A DNA stretch of 48,679 bases, the filler included, from Sphacelaria rigidula (Eukaryota), in the NCBI GenBank assembly GCA_964200075.2. It is 2 parts of 2 records of this genome, joined end to end, with 100 filler letters (N's around TTAATTAATTAA, not from the genome) between each part and the next. Parts side by side here need not be neighbours in the genome. Positions count along the whole stretch, not along the records: positions 24,400 to 48,679 come from CAXNAA020000212.1; 1 more part is not named here. One strand, given 5' to 3'. Below, one piece after another: positions 38,589 through 48,679 of the stretch (position 1 is its first letter; each line of letters opens with the position of its first letter). Made by a program: the position numbers and the translations under genes. The notes under the pieces were generated by a model. It had not been told where the DNA came from and did no database searches. It worked only from the letters and a program-made list of their open reading frames with translations.

Positions 38589-41500
38589 TGTGAATACCAG
38601 GGTGGATGCCGGTCCTAACAACACCTACATGCGGCAGGCACCGTCTCCCACGCATTTGTTTCTGTCGCACTTTAAATCCCTCCCATTCCTCGGGACGAGT
38701 TCGTGTTCTCAAGGGATCAACTCATCTCTCTCCGGTACACGCCTTGCATTTTGGTCTCGCGGGTTGGATCAGCACATCCGCATCGCGTCAACTCTCGTCA
38801 AACAAACTCAGCCAACTAATTTTATTTACTCACGCACTCACGCTTTCGACGGTGGAAATCAGAGATGTATGCATAGTCCCTGGAACGTTCCCCATAGACG
38901 TGATTCACCGTCACCTCAGGTCATCATGCATTTCTGTCACCAGATGGTCATACTCCGCGGATAGGTGAGGACCATCCCTCACCCCCCGCCGGCTGTTCAC
39001 TTCCTCCATTCTCGTCCTTACACGAGACCTCGTCCAGCTCTATGCACATACACACAAACACTACAATGAACACACCTCGCCCCCGTGGCTCACCGCCCGC
39101 GACCCACGAGGTTACTGTCCCTACTGTCCAGGGGTGTGAGCCTCCGTTGGCGTCAACGGTCGGACGGACCTACGCAACCCACCGTCACTCCTGTATAGTA
39201 CAGTCAGAAAAGTGCAGACGGTACCCCTTCCTACACGTGGCCACCCAACAGTACACCGTGGATCACTCCGACCACTGGACAGCTGTCGACGAGCACGGCA
39301 ACGAACCCTGCGTCCAACACAAGAAGGAGGGAAAGCGGCCTACGCCCCCACGCAACCTACGCTCACGATCTAGCAGTGATGACTTCGCCCAGGAAGTGGT
39401 GGCAAATGGAGCCGTGAACCCACAACCCCCTCCACCGATCTACCTTCCACCACCAAATATAACCAAGACAGCTCGCCTCGCCATTGCCGAAAATCCCCAC
39501 GAGTCACCCTACCCGGCTCAAAAAACGGGATCTTTCAAATTGGGGATGAGAAACCCGGAGAATGAAAATCTTTGTATCCACACCAAATCTTTGAAATATG
39601 GTTCCATGTCTTCACCTACTGGTAGCTATTGATAACTGCTACGCGCCATAGAAATTTGGATTTCGATCCTCGAAATGCTGGGGTCCGAAGTGAAAAACCA
39701 ATTTCGGAACCGTTTTGGCGCCCGTTCGGACACCCGATATTCCCCAAAATTGGTTTTTCACTTCGGACCCCAACATTTCGGTGGTCGAAATCCGAATTTC
39801 TATGGTATGTAGCAGTTATCAATAGCTACCAGTAGGTGAAGAAACGGAGCCATATTTCAAAGTTTTGGTGTGGATACGAAGATTTTCTTTCTCCGGGTTT
39901 CTCATCCCAAATAAAAGGTCCATCCCTAATTTGTAAAATCCCGTGTTTCCACCGTCCACAGGGGTTGGAACCACCCATCGTCTATTACTGCTCCTCTTCC
40001 CTCAGGAGCGACTCCGTCCACATCTTGGACCCCACCGTCCTGACAAGTGCAGTTCACCGTTCCATCGTCCTCCATGCCTACGCAACCATCGGTTGTGGCC
40101 CTGATTGCCAACCATGAACGTCTCAATACTACATGTGGGTGATCGCCGATTCAGCACTGGCCAGGCGAGCGAATGGAGAGGTCTCCGAGTTCACACCAGA
40201 AGCTCAAGAAACGTGGAAAATTTTGGCAAGAAATGATCCTTCGTCCATAACCTCCGAGCATGGTTCTTCTATAAGGGGGTACCTCAGTCACGTCTGTGGA
40301 ACCAATAACACTCAATTCGCCCAAGTACTGAACGAACCCGAAGAATGTACCATTAGTGCAGCTGATACCCACCGTGTCACAAGATTGGATGGTTTGCCCA
40401 ACGCAGATGTGCCAGACACCATGGCAAAGTACTGTCTCGCAACCGTTCTCTAAAAAACAAAAGTACCGTCCCGGTGATGAGGCGAGAGCGGATCGACCTT
40501 TGATATTTTTGCCCTCATCTGTAATGGCTCGTGCCATACAACCTTTGAACAACAAATGGCGAGGCAGATGGGCTGGAAATGGGATTTGTCCGATGATGAC
40601 GGCATAAAAGGCTCGTTTATCCCACCCTCGAACCGAGAAGAACTCAGCAAAGCAATGTTGGAACCACCACAATAATGCCAATAAACTCGGTTGAGGAACG
40701 CACAATGTGTCTCGCTTCGTACAAACTGCATTCGTCACTGAACATGGAAAATATGCCTTGAGTCGTCTCCCATTTGGCATGGTATGAGCACCATAGCTTT
40801 TTGAACGTGGCATGTCCATGGATCTGGGGCACATTGGTCTAGATCACTGAATCCCGTATTACATAGGCGACCTCGTTTGCCTCAGCGTTACATTCCATGA
40901 ACATCCCAAATCCCTCCGACGTACACCTGCAGCTCCACAAGCAGAAGGCTTGACTCTGAAACCGAGCAAACTCCGCTTTAGTACAAAACAGGTCGCATAC
41001 ATACATCATGTCATCACAGCAGAGGGTATTTGAGCTCATTACAGCAGAGGGTGTTTGAGTTGGGAAAGATCGTATTCGAGCTATCCACTATTCACCCACA
41101 CCGTCCTAAAGAAGTATGTTCCGTCCTAGATTTAGTGGATTTCGTCCGTCGGTTTATCAAAGACTACGCCGACATTACCGCGTCCCTTGAACTCACTTGC
41201 AGAGACCTCGCTAACAAGTACCATCTCTAAAACTCTTGGGGGACAGAGCAGCATACAGCTTTTGACCACATCAGGCGAGTATCAAGTTCGGCTCCCGTAC
41301 TAAACTTCCCTCAGTTGTTCCGAGAATTTGTCATCCACGGCGATGCGTACGACCTGGAGGTCAGCAGTTTCAGTGCCAATGCCTGCGGGAATATTTCCAA
41401 ATCAAACGATATCGATTATCATTGCGTACTTCTCGAAGCAACTTCACCGTCACTATAAAGACTAACAATGAGAGAGTGTTGTGGACTCGACTGGTTCCCA

Positions 41501-44500
41501 CTCCACTGATGAGCACACCTTTGGGATAACCACTTCACATGTTGTACCCAACATCAGGCCCTCACGCACCTGTATCATATGCAAGATACAAGCATTATCT
41601 TGACTTATTGGTCCATCCAATTGCAGATTATCGACTTCACTGTCAAGTATGTGCCTGGCGAATGGCATATCGTGCCTGATGCACTATCCCGCCTGTTTGG
41701 TGACACGAACGTCGATAAAACTCCGCTCTATCCGAGGCTGGCAGCAAACTGCGGAAACATCCCCGATAATCGGCTAAATCTCCCACTGTCACCTCAATAA
41801 CTTGAAGGATCAGCTCACAAGCTAGATAGCACCCTACCCGTCGAGAGTGATCGCGAATTGTTTGCCGGCGTCGTGTGCGTCGTTTCCATTATAAATACCG
41901 CACAATTCGCAATCAAACAACGTGAATAACTCGGCTTATACTTTGAGGATCTGAAGTCGCCTGAATCGCCGCCGTTGGTCCCTAAATAAACCAAGCATAC
42001 CACGAGCAACTTTTTTCTCCTCCGAAACATACTTCTCCAATCCTGTGTGCCAGGAAATTTCCGGAAGTGTAGAGACTTCCGCGATAAAGTTGTCCCCAAG
42101 AAACTACGCCAACTCGTCATAAAAGGGAGCGATGACCTACCGTCGTCTGGTGGTCATCTCGAGATTGATGCTGGTGGACAACGATACAAGCGGGTAATAG
42201 TTGCCACTTCGAACAGTGTCAACCTTGTGAACATCGTTAATCCCCGAGCCGTCCACCAACATTGTCCATCGGTCATCGGCCCACCACCACCCCGTTTCAG
42301 TGCGGTGCAGTCGACCTCGTAAAATAGATTATTTCGGGAGGAGCCGCTTCGTCCTGTCCGTCATTGACTACCTGACACTGACTGCCATTCCGGACGAAAA
42401 AACAGTCCCGGTAGCTTGCAACATAGCCAAGCATGTATTGTCCACCCTTGGCCCACCGGAAACCCTACACTCTGACCAGGACATCGAGTTTGAAAACCAA
42501 CTCGTCAAAAACCTACAGTCAATGTGCGGGTACAAGAAAGCTTGCACTTCCTCATATCGTCCCTTGTGAAATTGGAAACGCGTCCACAGTTCAGCACACA
42601 TGTTGGAGATATATAGCAATGTAGTATGAAGAGATTGGACAGATATTTACCGCAACACAGCGTAGTCAACAAGCCTACACGAAAAGCCCCAGTCTCTCGT
42701 GTTCGGTCGCCCCGCCGTTTTACCTGTTGATGTGATACTAGGAGTACCATCCACGTCAGCACCCCAGCCATCCCTCGGCTACACACATGAAACCGTCCAC
42801 AACCTCCAACTCACCGTGAGTAGGCCAAAACGAATCTCGAAAAAAAAGGCACAATAACGAGTCAACGGTGAAAAACTGTCCTTCCCCGAATTCGTTCTGA
42901 GTAAGCAAGTTTTGATTAATTGTCCTTATTCTGAAAGTGACTGGCCTAACCGTAAGCAAAATAGTCCATGTACACAGCTCGTAAACCGGTCACAGTCTGC
43001 TATCGCCCGTCCTCTATCGGGTCACGATAGTAAAGAGAGCGAGCTGTTAGAGATCAACGTCCATCGGTGTATGAAGTGATATCCTGCCCGATCGTCCTCG
43101 TCCATCACAAGCGTGGGAGCCTTAGATGATATTTACCTGTGCCCCACGCTGCCCCCGTCCCCGATCTAAAAGGTAAACGCATATATATTGAAATGGACGC
43201 CTTCAGAATCGAAGGGATAGATGGGAACAGACGTGGTATTCGCGCAGCGTCCGTCAACAACTTCCAATTAACGTGATGTTCAAAGCTTACCCTCCAAGCT
43301 GTGGCATGTGGGGACTCGTCTCCATCCTACCTCAATGTCCAGACACGATCGCATTTCCTCGCGAGGATATTTCAGCATGAGATCCCACCGCCTTCGATCC
43401 CCCGAAGCGGAAACCGCGGTCCAATGAATTCCAACACTCCTGGGCACTTTCATCCCCTTTCGTAGGTACCCCGTCCGTATTCGTCTGCCATCCACAGGTG
43501 CCGGGCGAGCAACTGTCGCCACCCGCCCGGAGTCTATAAATCTTCAATTGTTGTACGGATGCACTGAGACATCGCTGTCTTCTGTGGCTGTAGGAACACC
43601 CCATTTGAGCCACACCGTGGTACCATAGACCATGTATTATGTGTGCCTTTTCAGCCGTCTATCTCTTTGTCGATACTCAAGTGTCGGGAATCCGCATAGT
43701 TTGCATAGCGCGTCCTCAGGTGTCCAGTTGTGTGATGTACCACACACGGCCAGGCTTTCAGAAGACCACAAGAAGTGGCGCGAGTGGAGTTGCCATTTGC
43801 CGCCTGTCGTCCGTCTACCGTGACCTGGGCGACTGAAAGTAGTCTACTCACCTATCTGTGTGTGCTGTAACATTTGTTTTCGAGTGTTGGATACCCACCC
43901 AAGGCACACGTGAAACCCCTGATCATCTCACCATCGGATCGTCCCACGTATGGCCAGTCTGGGGGAGGGTCAAACGGAACCGTACACACCCTCGGATGTG
44001 AGCTCTTAGGCTATTGATAGTGAGCATTCAACTTTGTGCTACGTAGGATGCCCATCAGCTGTTGAAGGGTATCCTAACGTGAATTCGAGCGTAATGGTCA
44101 AGCCATCTTACGATAGGGGAGGAGAGCGTTCGGGGCAACTTCTTTCACGAAAATGCCGGTTCAGATCGTCGTTGAAAGCAGCAGCCGTTGTCCGAACGCG
44201 CTCGGTACCAACAGCACACTCTCATCCATGCTGCTTTGGACTGTTTTTACCCAAATACACGCGCACCGCGAGTGTGTTAAATCGTCTGACACACCTCTGA
44301 CCCAGTTTTTTTCGTGGAATCAAACACCCCCGTCCCCTATCGTGGGGGCACGGTGTCATCGGACAGTAATGTGAATTAGACAGAAATGTATTTAGATAAA
44401 AATATTCGAGCAACTTCAATAAACTCGCATGAATGGTTTGACTTGATCGCATCGTCGCCCAACTGAGACACGCAAACGCGAAATGATTACAGCGTTGAAA

Positions 44501-45749
44501 GTAATGCCCCAAAGAAGAGCAAATAGGATAAGGCAAAGCCGGCAAACTATACCTAGTTCCATGCACGGTACAGGACCAGCCGAAAGGTTTCAAGGTACCG
44601 TTGGTTCACATGTCCTCGGATCTACTGTGTGACTCCACCCAAGTGCAAGGTTTCAAAGAAACGTTAGGGGATCAGTCCGCAGAAATGCCCCCCCCCCTCT
44701 GTACACGTCATTGCCACCCTCTTGTCGCTTGAACGACTGTCGACAAACCGAGTTTCCAGAGATTGTGAATGAGTCGATCAAATCGTCCACGGATCCCATC
44801 TCCATCCCCCCTCACTCGTTACCCGTCATCCATCTCTATGGTTTGTCATTTTGTCCTGTGCACCACTCAAGAGGAAAAGATACCAAGCTTACGACATACC
44901 TATAACCACATCAAACACTTGAGTGCGTATCGTCCACCCTCATGTTGAAAGGTAAGGTTGGTTGGGAAAACTCAGCGTCGCTCAGGCTCGCGAGTGGTAG
45001 TTTCACCATCAATCACGAGCGCACTCCCATATTAAAAAATCCAGCAAAACCTGCTGGTCATCACCGTATTCGTGGTCTATTCTATCACAGAGTTTGAACA
45101 TCGTCCGATGGGTATTGAAAAACAAGCCTGTTCATTTTGACGTGAAAAAATGGAAAATTGTCTCCTGTCCATCCTTTCGTCTTGCCCACAAATATAGCTA
45201 GCGTACGATGTTGCCCCATCTACATTCGGCGGAGATGTTCGTCGCACATTCGTGTCTCAGGGTGGTATCATATGAACTTTGTCGCATTTGATCAAATGGT
45301 CGGCTAAATATCACAATGGGGCGGCGCGTATTCATTTGTTGTTTGCCTGATTCGTTTGACCATTGACCACGCATCCCTTGCGAGACGGAGTAAGCCGGGG
45401 AGGGGAGTGAGTACCAGGATGGATCCCGGTCTTAAGAACACCTACATGCGGCAGGCACCGTTCCCCCGCATGTTCCCTAGAATGTTCCCCGTAGACAAAA
45501 TACGCCTACACCGTCACCTCTGGTCATTGTCCATTCTCGCGTCGTCATACTCCAGGGATGGGTGAGGGTCATCCCTCACCCTCGACCGTCGTCTGTTGAC
45601 TCCACTCCCTCACTCTCCTCCTGACCCGAGGTGCGGTCCAGCTCCACACGCATAAGCACATATACTACAACAAACACACTTCGCCCCTGTGGCTCACCGT
45701 CCGTGACCCAGGAGGCTACCGTCCCTACCGTCCAGGGGTGGTAACCTCC
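38589..45749 (+). mobile_element. Degenerate full-length Ty3/Gypsy LTR retrotransposon
   Basis: Diverged direct repeats (LTRs) at 38589-39145 and 45406-45749. TGG-starting PBS-like site at 39148, purine tract GGGGAGGGG at 45397-45405, possible GTAT TSD (38585-38588 / 45750-45753). Broken pol in RT-RNaseH-INT order: QTAFVTEHGKY..RLPFGM (~40722), YIGDL, LTLKPSK..HVITAEGI, FVRRFIKDYADITA, DFTVKYVPG...PDALSRL (~41640), GPPETLHSDQDIEFEN...SYRP (~42450-42560). Many stops and frameshifts. Confidence 0.88.
39528..39921. repeat. Near-perfect ~390-bp inverted repeat (foldback/MITE) within the gag region of the Gypsy element
   Basis: Arms of about 170 bp with a ~30-nt spacer near 39705-39745. Example: TCTTCACCTACTGGTAGCTATTGATAACTGCTAC (39610-39643) is the exact reverse complement of GTAGCAGTTATCAATAGCTACCAGTAGGTGAAGA (39809-39842). 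Confidence 0.9.
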
Positions 45750-48025
45750 GTATCCACCAAAAGTTTCCAGTAAAGCTTATCCCAACTTGCCGCCGAACAT
45801 TCACGGCTCAAGCGCATTTGGTGATGGTATGGTTAATGACATCTCGATCTTCAGGAGGCTGACAGTCCTCGAGCGCTTGTGCACGGCACGCCATTTTTTC
45901 TCAAGCCAGCGCCTGCGGCGTCAATTTGAGTCCTGTCAACGAACACTGTGCAAAGCGTACCCTCTGCACCCGAGGCTTCTCGGCCTGTCTCGTGTTGATA
46001 TTCCGGACAGGGTTGGCCTCAGGGTTTTCCAAAAATAGAGTATTCAGTCATGCCATTTCGGCAACCGCGTCGAAGCTCACGTCTCATATTGCGGAAAAAA
46101 CGTTAGTATGTGACGGCGGCAAGACCAAGAAAGCTCAATCTCACAGCGTCGACAGCACATGAGGCAGCCCCAGGTGATTTGAGGGTATCCAGATTCAGGC
46201 AGGCTCTCATGGCGGGTGACACGGATGACCGCTCGAAAGTGATACCACCCTTTTTAGCCTCACGGAAGGGTGATCCACTCGATACATAATTTTCATATTT
46301 ACGTTCGTTTCTGTTCCAAGAAGTTCAGGTGATCTCACGCTGAGATTGCCCCTACATTCGAACCCCTTAGATCTGAGGCGTGGTCGTTGGAGGGACGTTT
46401 GATTGCTGCATTGGCGGTTACAGCCTCGACTCCTATGGCGGCATCGCAGCGTCATTTGGCTCCATAACTCAATGTACAGTGCTACGGGGACGCAGATCGC
46501 GTAAGCCACCCACATTGTCAACGTTGTGGTTGTTCAGACAAACTTAGTCTCACCCACAACGGCATTGCGGTTGTAGAGTTTTGAGGGAAGAAATGAGACG
46601 TGTTACGTCTTCATGGCCGTGGTTGTCATCACCATGCCACAGATTATGAACATTTCCAATCTTTTCACGCGTCGGACAGCTCATTATCTACCCGAATACT
46701 ATTATTAGTTTGTTGATCTAGATCATGAGCTAGCTCAATTGACCCCTTTTCCCATATTTGCTCCCTGCAGCGCTAGAAGCCGAGGACGCAAGGCACCGCA
46801 CAGGTGGCGCTTTGACTTCTCGGACCCGGCTGTCACGTATTCAATGCTCTTCATCGACGGGTGTGAGAGTCCTCTTCGATTAGAGATTTCAGGTAGCTCA
46901 TGAGCTGTCCGACATGAGAATCATTTCTGGGCATATTTCATTATGCGAAACCAGAAAACAAATAAGCAGAGCTTTGGTATCCATGTTTCGGTAGGAGGAA
47001 GGCCGTTCCAGCAAAACTTTGGCCACAGCATCGTCGTGTTTGCCGTGCTGTTTCGATTAGTATCTAGTCACACTAATAAAAAACAAGGAAGCAAAATTCA
47101 GATCCAGATCTCCTGGATATGAAATGTTACACTTCCCCGGCTTACCCAAACGCGATCATTGTTAGAATCTTGCGCTCAAACCGCAACATTTGAGATTACT
47201 TTCTGTTCCGGGAAATGCAATAAATCTCAGGCTGGGACACAGTACCCCGAACTTCGCTGTATCCGGGGCATGATTGTCAGAGAGGCGTTCGATGGCTGCA
47301 TTGGCGATGAGAGTCCTGGCTCCTGTGGCGACATCGCGTCGTCCTTCGACTGCACGCCTAAATGTAAAAGTGAGAATGGGGCATAGCTCACACAAGCCAC
47401 GTACTGTCAACGTTGTCGACGTTCAGACAAACCCGGTCTCGCCCACCACCGCATCGTGATTGTCCATATTAGACACAAGACGTGAGGCGAGTCATATTTG
47501 ACGGCGGTGATTCCCAGCATCATAACTCAGTATTTGTTTTCAGTTTCCACATTTTTCTCATGTATAACGGCAATCGAGCAGGGGGCTCGATATCGACATG
47601 TAGGTCGGGAGGAGGCCGCGCCAAGCTATCCTGACTCTGGACAAAGCGTTTGTCGTGCTTTCGGATGGTGCCTAGTCACACAATTTGAACATATAGAACA
47701 CCACGGAGGATGAGCTCAGGTGATTTCGGAAAATATATCTTTACCCAAATCACCCGAGTGATTAAGCCGTCACGTTTTCAGATGCAGATCGCCTGCCGTA
47801 AGAGTCGGGCCAAGGAAGTGACTGAGAGGGTAGTCTCTAGTTACACCACCATACTGTTCCGCATGGAAGCGAGAGCGACAACGTAATGGGCGCCAACCCC
47901 CGCCCTTCCGCGTTCCGAATCCGCTCGCCCTGCTGCCAAACGTCGGCCGGACTTTTACCGTCCATCCACGACATCCAACGTAATCGTTCTCGCGGTCGCC
48001 TATGCTCACTGGGGTTTGCTTTTAA

Positions 48026-48143
48026 CCCTTTCGGAACCCATTAACGCTTTTTGTTTTTGTGAATCGGCATCATTTTCAGTCATTTTCAAGTCAAAATGAT
48101 GCCGATTGACACAAACAAAAACCGTCAATGGGGTCGCAAAGGG
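48026..48143. mobile_element. piggyBac-type MITE (118 bp, palindromic)
   Basis: TTAA|CCCTTT...AAAGGG|TTAA with internal inverted AATCGGCATCATTTT / AAAATGATGCCGATT. Confidence 0.85.
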
Positions 48144-48679
48144 TTAACCCTTAGACGACGAGCGTCGCCTCGGAACAGTTGTACAGGCTGACAGTTCCGA
48201 GACATCCGGGTGTTCCCAGAGCTCGAGGGAGGTGGTTTTTGAGGGGAGGGGGGGCGTCTCTCTACGGAACATCGGAAAATTATGAGCCGTGCACGAGGCC
48301 CGAGAGACGCGGGATGAACATTCTCACCAATCACGGTCGTCAAAATGAGCACTCTTGTTACGGTAGAGGTAGACACCTGGTCGACACATTCGCTGTCTAC
48401 CCTCATAGCTCATTTTGAGCATGCCAAATAACCATAGGTTATATAACCAAAAATTAAGTGTTTGAGCATCTTCGTTACACTGTGTCTGTCTGTTCAGTAC
48501 TGCCTGCGAGTCGTACTAGCTCCACACCTCCACCCGGTATCAAACGTCATGGCGCAACACGCGAGCGGCGGCCACGAGTACCCAACGGTGAGGCGACCGG
48601 CATCGCCGAGCAATTGCTCTTCGGTAGTCAGGGGCGTTCGCGGCGGTAGTCATGGTGCGATATCCAAACGCATGCTGCG

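Larger units (their letters stand above)
34411..47690 (-). pseudogene. Decayed multi-exon gene with three internal copies of an unidentified repeat unit, interrupted by a Gypsy element and MITEs
   Basis: Phase-compatible terminal exons: ...ISEFRKEKEDRATLHQYR (ends ~35617, with an upstream stop/frameshift), SYVESIDRPVLTMPEDCGGHSLQA (~35039-34969), ISGNMVPVKKVKKDLERFP...QQLH* (~34650-34411). Repeated peptides DAV(V/L)GETxF at ~47460, ~46570 and ~37030 carry stops and frameshifts. Confidence 0.4.

Overview
This is eukaryotic, intron-rich, repeat-dense DNA of about 50% GC. The short exons, long introns and repeat content suggest a brown alga or related stramenopile; this is an inference. The supplied ORF track is mostly uninformative, so genes were spliced by hand. 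Two complete + strand genes are present. One is a 6-exon Hikeshi/Opi10 Hsp70 nuclear import carrier (11020-15624, 189 aa). The other is a 5-exon, bacterial-type biuret hydrolase BiuH (18002-22392, 239 aa) with an intact D-K-C triad and a required GC-AG intron. The - strand carries the 3' three exons of a small ankyrin-repeat protein ending in a CaaX box (33305-30293) and a large LRR-motif exon of a poorly resolved gene (24144-23519). It also carries a decayed multi-exon locus with a three-fold internal repeat (about 47.7k-34.4k), split by an old full-length Ty3/Gypsy element (38589-45749). The rest is tRNA-derived SINE-like repeats, LINE-like tails, MITEs (hAT-type, piggyBac-type, one with a 4-bp TSD), two long foldbacks, minisatellites and two assembly gaps. 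No CRISPR array, rRNA or intact tRNA is supported. The best leads are the intron-containing BiuH, the two long hairpins and the unidentified repeated-domain pseudogene.
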